The notes: generated by a model from the sequence alone, not told the origin. Shown: positions 1-10,113, numbered from the stretch's first letter. The stretch: DNA of 64,000 nucleotides from Desulfovibrio sp. (GCA_031549405.1 JAVBPV010000033.1:28921-92920); one strand, 5' to 3'. Numbers and translations: made by a program.

Positions 1-111
1 CCCTTCCAGCACGAATTCCACGCTGAAACGTTTTACGCGGCGGACGAAACTTCCCTCGACAGAACCGGCGGGAAAGGGCAATATTGGAACGACAGAGGTG
101 TGCGTCTTCAT
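1..111 (-). CDS. sfsA: Sugar fermentation stimulation protein SfsA, N-terminal part (runs off the window)
   Basis: Manual translation from the ATG at 111 gives MKTHTSVVPILPFPAGSVEGSFVRRVKRFSVEFVLEG. G-x-F-x-RR-x-KRF is typical of the SfsA N-terminus. Confidence 0.7.
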   Translation of the reverse strand, partial: MKTHTSVVPILPFPAGSVEGSFVRRVKRFSVEFVLEG

Positions 112-820
112 CGGCGTATACCTGCCATAAAGCGGCCCGGATTCCAATATGCGTATGGGCGCATATTGGAACCCGGGCAGGGAGAGGCCGGTGGCAGTAC
201 CGGCTGCTACCGGAAAAGGTGTCGGCGTCTTTTCCGGAAGCTATCCACCGGGGGCGTCCGTTCTGCGGCCGCCCCCGGAACAGTTTCAACCATTCTTCGG
301 CAGGGGCCGGAACCGTGTCGCCCAGCAAGAACGGCAAGAGACGGCGAAAATACGCATAGAGACAGGGAGCATGGTCAAATCGTTCGTTTTTTGCGGCGGC
401 GGTGCCGTAAAGCGGGGCCTTCCGCGAATTTTCAGATGATTCAGCGCAAAGCTTTGCCCCCTATGTGTTACGGTTGCGTGTCGGTTGGTTTACGGTCTCA
501 TGATATGCGTATCGAAATCCATAATGATGCCATTACGTTGAAGGAGGTTTCCCGCGCGGGGCCGGTCCCGCTCCGGGCGAAGGAGCCCCGGCGGGGCGCG
601 GCTGCTGCTTCACGCCTGCGGGGCAAAGCGCGGGCGCGCGCGGCCAACTTTGTTCCGTCCGTCAATTTACAGCCGTTGCGGAACCTGCTACCAAGATCAA
701 AGAGTTCCGCCACGGCGCGGCCGCGCCGTACGCAAGTCCCCCGTAGCGGGCCATTCCGGCCCGCGCCAGTCACCCGCCCCCGCGAAAACAGCGGGGCGCC
801 AAAGTTAAGGAGTTTATGGA

Positions 821-1993
821 ATGAAACTCGCCGACCGTGTCTCGCAACTCAAACCATCGGCGACTCTGGCCGTAAGCGCCAAAGCCCAGGAACTCAAAGC
901 CCAGGGCAAGGATATCCTGAGCGTATCCGTGGGCGAGCCCGACTTCGCCACCCCGGACCACATCTGCCGCGCGGCCAAAGAAGCTATTGACGCCGGGTTT
1001 ACGCGTTACACCCCCGTGCCGGGCATTCCCGAACTACGCAACGCCGCCGCCGCCTATTTCAACCGTTTCTACGGCGTCGCGGCGGAGGCCGAACACATCA
1101 TCATCAGCAACGGCGGCAAGCACTGCCTGTACAATCTCTGCCAGGTCCTGCTCAATCCCGGCGATCACGTGCTGATTCCCGCCCCTTACTGGGTAAGCTA
1201 TCCGCCCATGGTGGAACTGGCCGGGGCCAAGGCGGTCATCGTCAGCACCTCGCCGGACAAGGGCTTTAAGGTCACCCCGGCGGATCTGGAAAAAAGCTTC
1301 ACCCCCAAAACCCGGGCGCTGTTCCTCAATTCGCCTTCCAACCCCACCGGCGCCTGCTATACCGCAGCGGAACTCGACGCCCTGGCCGGATGGGCCGTGG
1401 AGCGCGGGGTGCTGGTGATAGCCGACGAAATCTACGACCAACTGGTATACGAGCCCTTCACGCCCACGAGCCTTGCCCCCTGGTGGCAAAAATACCCGGA
1501 ACTTTTCGTCATCACCAACGGCGTGGCCAAGACCTTTGCCATGACCGGCTGGCGCGTGGGCTACGCCCTGGCCCATCCGGAATACATCAAGGCCATGTCC
1601 CGTCTGCAGGGGCAATCCACCTCCAACGTTTGCTCCATCGCCCAAAAAGCCGCCATCGCCGCCCTGAACGGCGACTTCGCCCCGGTGGGCGAAATGCGCG
1701 GCGCCTTTGAGCGGCGGCGCGATCTGGCTTTGGAAATCGTCGGTTCGTGGCCCGACGTGCTCTGCCCCAAACCCGGCGGGGCCTTTTACATTTTCCCCGA
1801 CGTGCACCGTCATTACTGCGGCCGCTTCGCCGACTCCACCACCCTGTGCACCACCCTGCTGGCCGAAGCCGGGGTGGCCGCCGTGCCGGGCGCGGCTTTC
1901 GGCGACGACCGCTGCATTCGCATCTCGTACGCCGTCAGCGACGAAACCCTGGTCAAGGCTTTGCACAAGATAGGCAAAGTCCTGCTGCGCTAA
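821..1993 (+). CDS. PLP-dependent class I/II aminotransferase (aspartate aminotransferase-like)
   Basis: GEPDF, NSPSNPTG, DEIY and KTFAMTGWRVGY motifs; AGGAG RBS upstream. Confidence 0.93.
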   Translation: MKLADRVSQLKPSATLAVSAKAQELKAQGKDILSVSVGEPDFATPDHICRAAKEAIDAGFTRYTPVPGIPELRNAAAAYFNRFYGVAAEAEHIIISNGGKHCLYNLCQVLLNPGDHVLIPAPYWVSYPPMVELAGAKAVIVSTSPDKGFKVTPADLEKSFTPKTRALFLNSPSNPTGACYTAAELDALAGWAVERGVLVIADEIYDQLVYEPFTPTSLAPWWQKYPELFVITNGVAKTFAMTGWRVGYALAHPEYIKAMSRLQGQSTSNVCSIAQKAAIAALNGDFAPVGEMRGAFERRRDLALEIVGSWPDVLCPKPGGAFYIFPDVHRHYCGRFADSTTLCTTLLAEAGVAAVPGAAFGDDRCIRISYAVSDETLVKALHKIGKVLLR

Positions 1994-2014
1994 CGGGTAA
2001 CGATTACTTAAGCT

Positions 2015-2043
2015 TCCGGGGAGGCAAAGCCTCCCCGGACCCC
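2015..2043. repeat. REP-like GC hairpin followed by a C-run
   Basis: CCGGGGAGGC-AAA-GCCTCCCCGG then ACCCC; same layout as units at 7253, 17903, 24040 and 38613. Confidence 0.6.
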
Positions 2044-2104
2044 ACCGGCAGGGGGCGTGGCCCCAGGCTCCGGGCGGAGCCCCAAGTCCCAAAAGGAGAG
2101 CGCC

Positions 2105-3475
2105 ATGACCGTTCACCATCTTGACTGGTCCTATGCCTTTACCTGCCGTCTGGCGGGGATTACGCCGGAAAACTCCCGCTTCGCCCCCCTGTTGTCCGCG
2201 TGCGCCGCGCGCCTGGCAAAGGAAGTCGCGGCCGGGGAGCTCCCTTATCTGAACATGCCTTTCCGCCCGGCTCTGGAGGCCGCCCTTCCGCCCCTGGCGG
2301 AAAAACTGCGCCGTTTCAGGCACATGCTGGTGCTGGGCATCGGCGGCTCCGCCCTGGGCGCGCGGGCGCTGCAAAAAGCGTTTTTTCCGGCGCAGGACCG
2401 TCCCGGCCACAACGGCCCCTGGGTCTGGATCGCGGACAACATCGACGCGGACACTCTGACAGCCTGGATGAACGGGCTTAATCCCGAAGAAACGGTGGTG
2501 GTGGTCATTTCCAAGTCCGGGGGCACCATCGAAACCATGGGACAGTATTTCCTGGTGCGGCCCTGGCTGCAAAAGGCCCTTGGCGGCGCGTGGAAAGAGC
2601 ATGTGGTGATGATCACCGACGAAAAAGCCGGGGAACTGCGCGCCGAAGCCGCGGCGCAGGGCCTCGACTCCCTGCCCGTGCCGGATTATCTGGGCGGGCG
2701 CTATTCCGTGCTTTCCGCCGTGGGGCTGCTGCCCGCCGCCTTCATGGGCATGGACTGGAAGGCCCTGCTGCAAGGGGCCGCCGAGGTGGCCGCTCCTCTT
2801 GCCCGCGGTCCGGCGGACCTGGAAAGGAATCTGGCCGCCCATCCTTCCTGGCGTCTGGCCCTGTGGTGCCGCGAACTTATGGAGCACGGCTACAGCGAGT
2901 TGATTTTCTTTTCCTATATCCCCTTGTGGAACTATTTCGGGGCCTGGTTCAGCCAGCTTTGGGCCGAAAGCCTGGGCAAGGGCGGCAAGGGCTCCATGCC
3001 CGTGCCCGCCGTGGGGGTCACGGACCAGCATTCCGTAAACCAGATGTTTCTGGACGGCCCGCGCAACAAGGGCTGCCTGTTCCTGACCTGCGACGCTCTG
3101 GACAAGGGGCCGGCCTTTGGCGGCGACGTGCCGGAAAAATGGCGCTATCTTGCCGGGCAGCGCTTTGGCGACCTGCTGCTGGCCGAGGGCCTGGGGACCC
3201 GCATGGCCCTTGCGCAAAGCCAGGTGCCCCTGGTCAACGTCGCCATGCACGCCCCCGACGAGCGCGCGGCCGGCAAGCTTATGGGAACGCTGATGACCGC
3301 CACCATCCTTACCGGCTGGCTGCTGGGCATCAATCCCATAGACCAGCCCGCCGTGGAACTGGGCAAGCGCCTGGCCAACGCCCGGCTGGGGGCCTCCGGC
3401 CACGAGGCCGAACACAGAGCCCTGGCGGATTTTCTCGCCAGGGAGGGCAACGCGGCGATGTTGCAGGAAATGTAG
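2105..3475 (+). CDS. pgi: Glucose-6-phosphate isomerase
   Basis: GIGGSALG, SKSGGTIET, GGRYSV, QLWAESLGK and DQPAVELGK motifs; AAGGAG RBS before the ATG at 2105. Confidence 0.95.
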   Translation: MTVHHLDWSYAFTCRLAGITPENSRFAPLLSACAARLAKEVAAGELPYLNMPFRPALEAALPPLAEKLRRFRHMLVLGIGGSALGARALQKAFFPAQDRPGHNGPWVWIADNIDADTLTAWMNGLNPEETVVVVISKSGGTIETMGQYFLVRPWLQKALGGAWKEHVVMITDEKAGELRAEAAAQGLDSLPVPDYLGGRYSVLSAVGLLPAAFMGMDWKALLQGAAEVAAPLARGPADLERNLAAHPSWRLALWCRELMEHGYSELIFFSYIPLWNYFGAWFSQLWAESLGKGGKGSMPVPAVGVTDQHSVNQMFLDGPRNKGCLFLTCDALDKGPAFGGDVPEKWRYLAGQRFGDLLLAEGLGTRMALAQSQVPLVNVAMHAPDERAAGKLMGTLMTATILTGWLLGINPIDQPAVELGKRLANARLGASGHEAEHRALADFLAREGNAAMLQEM

Positions 3476-3480
3476 AAAAC

Positions 3481-3510
3481 GCCCCCCCGGCCTCGGCCGG
3501 GGGCTTTTTT
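3481..3510 (+). terminator. Rho-independent terminator after pgi
   Basis: CCCCCGGCC/GGCCGGGGG stem followed by TTTTTT. Confidence 0.75.
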
Positions 3511-3627
3511 CGCTCTGCGGGACCGGAAAAAATTTCCGGTTTGCGGAATCGGGAAAAACGTCCGCCCGCCGGGCCGAAAACAGCCGCGCGTCTTGTAAGA
3601 CGCCGCCCTAATGAGTACAGTAACAGC

Positions 3628-5433
3628 ATGAGCTCCCTTACCCATCCCGTACTGTCGCGTCCCGAATCCCCGCTGCCCAAGGTGGCTCTTCTGGGCCGCC
3701 CCAACGTAGGCAAGTCCACCCTGTTCAACCGGCTTATCCGCAGCAACAGGGCCATCACCCACGACCGCCCCGGCATCACCCGCGACCGCATGGAGGGGCT
3801 GGTGCGCTCGGCGGGCGAAGATTCCTTCATCCTCATCGATACCGGCGGGGTCACGCTGGACAGCCACGCGCGCGTGGAGCAGGGGCCGGAAGGCATCCGG
3901 GGCTTCGAGGCCGCCATTCTGGAACAGGCCAAGGACGCGGTGCGCGAATCGGCGCTGCTTTGTCTTGTGGTGGACGGGCGCGAGGGACTGACCCCTTTTG
4001 ACGCGCATCTGGCGGCTTTTCTGCGCCGCATGAACAAGCCGCTGATCCTGGTGGTGAACAAGGTGGACGGCCCGGAAAAGGCGGATCTGCTTATGGCGGA
4101 ATTCCACGGCCTGGGTCTGGAAATCCTGCCCTGTTCCGCCGCCCACGGCTACAATGTGCGTGTTCTGGAAGAGGAAATGCGCGCCCGGATTTTCGGGGAC
4201 GAAGAAAGGGCGGAAGACGGGGACCCTTCAGCGGACCTGCTGCTGGACGGCGCAAGCCGCCGCCTGCGGAAAAAGCTGCTGCAGGAGCACGCGCGTGCGC
4301 GGGAAGGGGATGTGAACGGCGAGGGCGGCGGCGCGCCGGAAGCCGGGGAACCGGCGGACCTTTCCACCGAAGAGGCCTGGACGGAAACCGCCCTGTGGAC
4401 GGCGGCGGAGGTCGCGGCAAAGATCGAGGCCTTTCGCAGCGGCCGCAATACGCGGACGGAAGCGGGCGACGCTCTTGCCGACAAGGCGGACGATCTTCTG
4501 GACGCCCTGTCCCTGGAAGAACTGGAACTCTTGCTTGAAACGGAGCTTTCCGAGGAAGAAACACGCCTTGCCAGGACGGCGGACAGGCAGGAGGCCGGGG
4601 AGGAAGACAGCCCGGACCCGGCGCCGGGAACGCTGCGCATCGCCCTGCTGGGGCGGCCCAACGCGGGCAAGTCCTCGCTGGTCAACGCCCTTGCCGGGCG
4701 CCGGCGCATGATCGTCAGCGAAGTGGCGGGCACCACCAGGGACAGCGTGGACGTGGACGCCGTCATCGACGGCGAGCCCTGCACCTTTGTGGATACCGCC
4801 GGAGTGCGGCGCAGGACGAAAATCACCGACACGGTGGAACGCTACAGCGTCAACGCCTCGTTGAAAAGCACCACCAAGGCCCACGTCACCCTGCTGGTGC
4901 TGGACGTTACCGAGGGCCTGACCCAGCAGGACAAGCGCCTTATCGACCTGCTGCACGAGCGCAAAACGCCCTTCATGGTGCTGGTGAACAAGTGCGATCT
5001 GGTGGAGCCCTCACGCCGCAAGGAAGTGCAGAAGGAATACCGCCTGGCCCTGGTTTTTTGTCCGCATGTGCCCCTGCTGTTCGTTTCGGCCAGAAGCCGG
5101 CACAATCTGAAGAAGATCGTGCCCCTGGCGCGCAAAATACAAAACGAATGCGCCGTGCGCGTTTCCACGGGGCAGCTTAACAGGGCCATGGCCGCCGTGC
5201 TGGAAAAACACCAGCCCCCTATGGTCAACCGCGCGCGTCCCAAGTTTTTCTATCTTACCCAGGCTGAGAACGCGCCCCCGACTTTTGTGTTTTTCGTCAG
5301 CGACGCGGAACGGGTGATGCCCACCTACGCCCGGTATCTTGAACGGTCGCTGCGCGCCATTTTCGGCATTGCCCACGCGCCCATGCGCGTGCACTTCCGG
5401 TCCTCGCACCGGAAAAAGACCGAACGGAGATAA
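3628..5433 (+). CDS. der: Ribosome biogenesis GTPase Der (EngA) with a long acidic inter-domain linker
   Basis: Two GTPase domains (GRPNVGKS/DTGG/NKVD and GRPNAGKS/DTAG/NKCD) plus a C-terminal KH-like domain (PPTFVFF). Confidence 0.95.
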   Translation: MSSLTHPVLSRPESPLPKVALLGRPNVGKSTLFNRLIRSNRAITHDRPGITRDRMEGLVRSAGEDSFILIDTGGVTLDSHARVEQGPEGIRGFEAAILEQAKDAVRESALLCLVVDGREGLTPFDAHLAAFLRRMNKPLILVVNKVDGPEKADLLMAEFHGLGLEILPCSAAHGYNVRVLEEEMRARIFGDEERAEDGDPSADLLLDGASRRLRKKLLQEHARAREGDVNGEGGGAPEAGEPADLSTEEAWTETALWTAAEVAAKIEAFRSGRNTRTEAGDALADKADDLLDALSLEELELLLETELSEEETRLARTADRQEAGEEDSPDPAPGTLRIALLGRPNAGKSSLVNALAGRRRMIVSEVAGTTRDSVDVDAVIDGEPCTFVDTAGVRRRTKITDTVERYSVNASLKSTTKAHVTLLVLDVTEGLTQQDKRLIDLLHERKTPFMVLVNKCDLVEPSRRKEVQKEYRLALVFCPHVPLLFVSARSRHNLKKIVPLARKIQNECAVRVSTGQLNRAMAAVLEKHQPPMVNRARPKFFYLTQAENAPPTFVFFVSDAERVMPTYARYLERSLRAIFGIAHAPMRVHFRSSHRKKTERR

Positions 5434-5437
5434 CCCC

Positions 5438-7246
5438 GTGACGGACCAGACAGACGCGAAAGAGCGCCAAAACGCCGACGACGTGGCCGCCGCCCTGGCG
5501 GGCGCTTCGCACGCCGACCGCGAGCGGCTGGCCCGCATCGTCAACCTGCTGCCCTGCTACGTGGTGCTTGTGGACAAGGACCACCGCATCCGCTTTTACA
5601 ACAAGGCTTTCGAGCAGTTTTTCGGCAACGCGGAAGGGCAGAACTGTCACTGCCTTCTGCGCGGCCAGCAGGAGCCCTGCCGCTTCTGCCCGCCCATGGA
5701 CGTGATCAACTCCCGCTCGTCCAGCGTCATGGAATGGGTGCACCCGCGCACCAAGCACGCTTTCCGCGTCTATTCCTACCCGTTCGAAGAGCCCGGCGGG
5801 CCCAAGCTGGTGCTGAAGGTGGGCTTCAACATCACCGCAAGCGTGCGGGTGCAGCAGGCCCTGGATCTTAGCGAGCAAAGCTATCGCGTCATTACCGACA
5901 ACCTTTCGATAGGCATCGCCCTGCTTGACCCGCAGCTGCGGGTCAAGGCCGGCAACAGCCGCCTGGCGCAGTGGTTCGGCCAGAATTTCATCCGCGATCG
6001 CCGGGTATGCGAGGCTCTGCGCTGCCCCGGTTACCAGCCGCTTGAAGCCCCCCCCCCGGGAGAAGCCGGGGGCCATGCGGACAAGGCCGGGGGGCCCGGA
6101 GCCGCCGGCGAGGCTGTCAGGGGACCGTCCGCCCGCGTTTCCGGTCAGGCCGCGGGGCCCCGCATTTCCGCCGTGCCCGGCAACAGCGGCGGGCGTTCCG
6201 GCGGCACCGGCGGGGAACAGCCTTCCCGCGCTTCCGGCCAGACCGCCCGGGAACGGTCCGCCCAGGCCGCCGGCGGTTTTGCCTCCTGCGATGACTGCCC
6301 TTTTACGGCGGCCGTCAGAGACGGAGCCAGCCATGAAAAGGAATTCGCCGTCACCTTTCAGGACGGCGCGGAACGCACCGTGCGCATGGTGGCCTGCCCT
6401 GTGGCCCCGCGCAAAGGGGGGGTGCGCGCCCTGATCATGATGCTGGAAGACATCACCACCCGTTTGCAGGTAAACCAGCAGCTGCAGCGCGCCCGCAAAA
6501 TCGAGGCCATGGGCACCCTGGCCGGCGGCATCGCCCACGAGATCAACCAGCCCCTTTCGGCCCTGCACCTGTACGCCAGCGGCCTGCAGATGCTGATGGA
6601 AAAAGGGGAGCCCTCCCGCGACACCTTGCAGGAGCGGCTTTCGCTGATCATGCACGAGGCGGAAAAGATCCGCAGCATCATCACGCACATGCGCGCCCTG
6701 GTCATGCGCGAGGGACAGGTGCCCGTGGGGCCGGTCTCTCTGCGGCAGGCCCTTATGAACGCCATAAGCATCATGGAAAACCAGTTTGCCACCCGCGACG
6801 TCACTGTGCAGTTCGTCATCCCCCCCGCGCTGCCCCTGGTGCGCAGCAACGCCGTGCAGCTTGAGCAGGTGCTGGTGAACCTGCTGGGCAACGCCGTGCA
6901 TGCCCTGGCTTCTTCCGGAAGTTCTCCCGGCGGGCGGATTATCTCCGTGATCGCCACCCGGAAAGAAGGCGGCCGCCGCGTGCGTATCGAAGTGGCCGAC
7001 AGCGGCCCCGGCCTGCCCAAGGGAAGCGAGCGCATCTTCGATCCCTTCTATACCACAAAAGAGCGCCATCAGGGCATGGGCCTGGGGCTTTCCATCGTGC
7101 ACGGACTGGTCCGTTCGTGGGGCGGCGAGGTCAGCGCCCTGCCCAGACATCCCCTGCTTGGCGGAGCAGCCTTTTACGTGGAACTTGACGCCGCCGAACC
7201 GGCAGAGGACGACGCCCCTTCGCCCGATGACGAATCCGGGACGTGA
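5438..7246 (+). CDS. PAS-domain sensor histidine kinase (NtrB-like HisKA/HATPase)
   Basis: H-box GIAHEINQPL, N-box QVLVNLLGNA, DSGPG, FDPFYTTK and GMGLGL; two PAS-like domains with Cys motifs; GTG start 4 nt after der. Confidence 0.9.
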   Translation: MTDQTDAKERQNADDVAAALAGASHADRERLARIVNLLPCYVVLVDKDHRIRFYNKAFEQFFGNAEGQNCHCLLRGQQEPCRFCPPMDVINSRSSSVMEWVHPRTKHAFRVYSYPFEEPGGPKLVLKVGFNITASVRVQQALDLSEQSYRVITDNLSIGIALLDPQLRVKAGNSRLAQWFGQNFIRDRRVCEALRCPGYQPLEAPPPGEAGGHADKAGGPGAAGEAVRGPSARVSGQAAGPRISAVPGNSGGRSGGTGGEQPSRASGQTARERSAQAAGGFASCDDCPFTAAVRDGASHEKEFAVTFQDGAERTVRMVACPVAPRKGGVRALIMMLEDITTRLQVNQQLQRARKIEAMGTLAGGIAHEINQPLSALHLYASGLQMLMEKGEPSRDTLQERLSLIMHEAEKIRSIITHMRALVMREGQVPVGPVSLRQALMNAISIMENQFATRDVTVQFVIPPALPLVRSNAVQLEQVLVNLLGNAVHALASSGSSPGGRIISVIATRKEGGRRVRIEVADSGPGLPKGSERIFDPFYTTKERHQGMGLGLSIVHGLVRSWGGEVSALPRHPLLGGAAFYVELDAAEPAEDDAPSPDDESGT

Positions 7247-7252
7247 TGGCCG

Positions 7253-7345
7253 CCGGGGGACTCCGTCCCCCGGACCCCCTGGACCCCCTGCCAAGGGGGC
7301 TTTGCCCCCTGGACCCCCACAAGGGACTTATGTCTCTTGACCCTG
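7253..7345. repeat. Partial copy of the REP-like end module of the large foldback elements
   Basis: CCAAGGGGGCTTTGCCCCCTGGACCCCCACAAGGGACTTATGTCTCTTGACCCT resembles 24039-24091; lies between convergent genes. Confidence 0.75.
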
Positions 7346-7368
7346 TACTTGCGATGCCTGACGCAGTA

Positions 7369-9297
7369 TCACGCCAAACCGTCCCCGCCACGCCCTGTCA
7401 GCAGGTAATGCTGCCGCATGCGCTCTTTGTCCGTGCGCGCCACGTGCAGGGCCTTTCCGTCCGGATCGATGCCCGCGTAAAACATGGCCGTGGCCACGGT
7501 TCCCGGCGTGGGTATGAAGCACTGCACCTGCCGCGGCCGCCAGTTGCGCTTTTTAAGCCAGGCGGCCAGGCGGCGCATGTGTTCTTCCGTACAGCCGGGA
7601 AAGGCGCTCATCAGATAGGGCACGGTGTACAGTTCCTTGCCCGATTTCAGGCAGTGGCGGGAAAACAGTTCCAGAAACCGCTCGAAAACCGGCATGGAAG
7701 GTTTGCGCATCAGGCCAAGGACCGCATCCTCGCTGTGCTCCGGCGCGACTTTGAGCTGCCCGCCCGTAAATTCCGAGGTATAGGCGCGCAAAGCTTCGGC
7801 GTCGCGTACCGCCAGATCGAAGCGCACCCCGCTGGCGATACGCACGTGGCGCACGCCCGGCAGGGCGGCGACGGCGCGCAGCAGGGCCACCCCTTCCCGC
7901 TGGTCCACCTGGAACAAAGGGCAGATTTCCGGATGCATGCAGCTTGTGCGGGCGCATTCCTTGCCCTGGGGCAGGGCGCAGCGCGCCCGCCACATGTTGG
8001 CGCTGGGGCCGCCCACGTCGCTGATGGAGCCGGCCCAGCGCGGCGGGGCGGCGGGGCGTCCGTTTGTCCTGTTGGCGGAAGCGGCCTTTCTGTTGCCCGC
8101 GGCGGAAAGGGCTGGCCCCCGGGCCACGGCCGCCGCTTCGGCCAGTATGGATTCCCTCCCGCGCGAGGCGATGCGCCGCCCCTGATGCAGGGCCAGGGAA
8201 CAGAACGAGCAGCCCCCGCCGCAGCCCCGATGCGTGGTGATGCTGGTGCGGATCATCTCCCAGGCCGGAACCGGCAGGGTATGGGAAGGATGCGGCAGGC
8301 GGGAGAAGGGCAGGGCGTACAGAGCATCCAGCTCTTCCGGCGCAAGGGGCGGCGCGGGCGGATTAACCACCACCGTGCGGTCCCCGCTGGTCTGCGCCAC
8401 GCGCGCCTTGGCCGAATGCGTCTGGCGCTCCATATCCAGAGTGGCCCGCATGAGCAGGGCGGGCTTTTGCAGGATGTCCTCGTGCGAGGGCAGAAATACG
8501 GCCGGTATTTGCCCCGGCGCGGCGGCGTCCGGCATTGTCTCTTTGGCGGGCAGCACCCAGGCGACGCCGGGAATATCACGGCAGGCGGCGGCCAGGGCGG
8601 CCCGATCCAGGGGCGGGGCTCCGGCCTGGTTCCTTGCCAGGGCTTTCGCCGCCTGGGCGATGCCCAGCAGGGCCGACTCGCCCATGCCGCAGACCAGCAG
8701 GTCGGCCTTGGCGTCCAGCAGGATGGAGCGGCGCAGGGCGTCGGACCAGAAGTCGTAGTGGCTGACGCGCCGCAGCGAGGCTTCTATGCCGCCCAGGACC
8801 ACGGGCAGGCCGGGAAAGGCGCGGCGCAGCAGGCCGGTGTAAACGATGCAGGCGCGGTTGGGGCGCGCTCCGGCCTTGCCGCCGGGGGTGTAGGCGTCGT
8901 CCGAGCGCATTTTGCGAAAAGCCGTATAGCGGGCCAGCAGGGAATCCACGGCTCCGGCAGTGACGCCCGCGAACAGGCGGGGCCGTCCCAGACGGGCTAT
9001 GTCTTGCAGCGCTTCCGCGCCTTCCCAGCGGGGCTGGGCGGCGACGCCCACGCGAAAACCCCTGCCGGTGAGAAAACGGCCCAGCAGGGCGACGCCGAAA
9101 GAGGGGTGGTCCACATAGGCGTCGCCGGAAACCAGCAGAATGTCCGGCGCGTCCCAGCCCAGGGCGTCCATCTCCTCCCGGCTCATGGGCAGAAAGGGAG
9201 GCTGCGGGGCGGGGACGCGGCTTTCGCCTTCAGGGGTTGCCGCCCGCTCACGAAAGGGCGGCCGCGCCGGCGGACCGGCGTTGGTGTGTTCCGGCAT
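7369..9297 (-). CDS. YgiQ (UPF0313) family radical SAM protein
   Basis: [21 protein letters not shown], radical SAM motif [25 protein letters not shown]. Confidence 0.92.
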   Translation of the reverse strand: MPEHTNAGPPARPPFRERAATPEGESRVPAPQPPFLPMSREEMDALGWDAPDILLVSGDAYVDHPSFGVALLGRFLTGRGFRVGVAAQPRWEGAEALQDIARLGRPRLFAGVTAGAVDSLLARYTAFRKMRSDDAYTPGGKAGARPNRACIVYTGLLRRAFPGLPVVLGGIEASLRRVSHYDFWSDALRRSILLDAKADLLVCGMGESALLGIAQAAKALARNQAGAPPLDRAALAAACRDIPGVAWVLPAKETMPDAAAPGQIPAVFLPSHEDILQKPALLMRATLDMERQTHSAKARVAQTSGDRTVVVNPPAPPLAPEELDALYALPFSRLPHPSHTLPVPAWEMIRTSITTHRGCGGGCSFCSLALHQGRRIASRGRESILAEAAAVARGPALSAAGNRKAASANRTNGRPAAPPRWAGSISDVGGPSANMWRARCALPQGKECARTSCMHPEICPLFQVDQREGVALLRAVAALPGVRHVRIASGVRFDLAVRDAEALRAYTSEFTGGQLKVAPEHSEDAVLGLMRKPSMPVFERFLELFSRHCLKSGKELYTVPYLMSAFPGCTEEHMRRLAAWLKKRNWRPRQVQCFIPTPGTVATAMFYAGIDPDGKALHVARTDKERMRQHYLLTGRGGDGLA

Positions 9298-9312
9298 ACT
9301 GCGGGGCGGAGC

Positions 9313-9789
9313 CTAACGGGCGTTTTCCGGGGGCATGATCAGGTCGGGCTTGCGCGTGCCCTGTGCGGGGTTGCCGGCGGGGGGCATCTTGGCCGCGTCC
9401 GGCGAGGAGGGGTCCATTTGCGCGGGGGGCATACCACCCATGCCGCCGGAACCTCCCATGCCGCCGGGGCCTCCCATGCCGCCGGGACGGGCCTCGCCCT
9501 TGGCGTGCCCGGAGATGAAGGTCTGCCACTCTTCAGGCGTGATGGAACCGTCGTTGTTGGCGTCAATGGCCTGGAAGGCGGCTTCCTTCATCTGGGGCTG
9601 GGCGGCGAAGAATTCCTCGCGCGTGACCTTGCCGTCTTTGTCGGCATCCATAAGGGCGAAGCGGTCCGCCGGGCTGCCGCCCGCCATTTCCGGGCGGGCC
9701 AGGGCGGGAGATGCGGCAAGGACGCCGGCGCAGAGCAGGACGGGGCAGGCGCGGACGAGCATCCTGCGGATAAGGGGGCTGTAAGTCAT
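9313..9789 (-). CDS. Exported EF-hand protein with a Gly/Met/Pro-rich tail
   Basis: Signal-peptide-like N-terminus; two EF-hand loops DADKDGKVTREEF and DANNDGSITPEEW. Confidence 0.8.
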   Translation of the reverse strand: MTYSPLIRRMLVRACPVLLCAGVLAASPALARPEMAGGSPADRFALMDADKDGKVTREEFFAAQPQMKEAAFQAIDANNDGSITPEEWQTFISGHAKGEARPGGMGGPGGMGGSGGMGGMPPAQMDPSSPDAAKMPPAGNPAQGTRKPDLIMPPENAR

Positions 9790-10113
9790 GGCTGTTCCTG
9801 GGGCTGGAGGGAAAAAACGCGGCAGGCGGCCGGCGGCCTGGAAGGAAGATGCCGGGGAGCGAGCGCCGCCGTCGCGGATGTGCTTTTAACACAGTGAAGA
9901 ATGATGCGCGCATGCATTCGCGGATCGTTCTATAACCCCTGTCGGCGGGGTTTGTCATCCATCCGGCGCGGCCGACGGCGGCCGGCCCGGCGAAGCTCCT
10001 TTGCCGGGCCGGCCGTTTCGGGCGGCGCCCCCCGGCAAGGAGGGCGCCGTCCCCGGCGGGACCGCCGGAATAGTCGTCTCTTTTGACGGCCGTACAAGCC
10101 GCCGCCGGAGTGG

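Noticed and set aside
100-990. 296-aa ORF and neighbours in the sfsA-aminotransferase gap
   Set aside because: Arg/Pro-rich, no recognisable motif or RBS, and overlaps genuine genes.
2590-3627. Apparent 346-aa N-terminal extension of Der in the ORF track
   Set aside because: Overlaps pgi out of frame and crosses a terminator; Der homology begins near the ATG at 3628.
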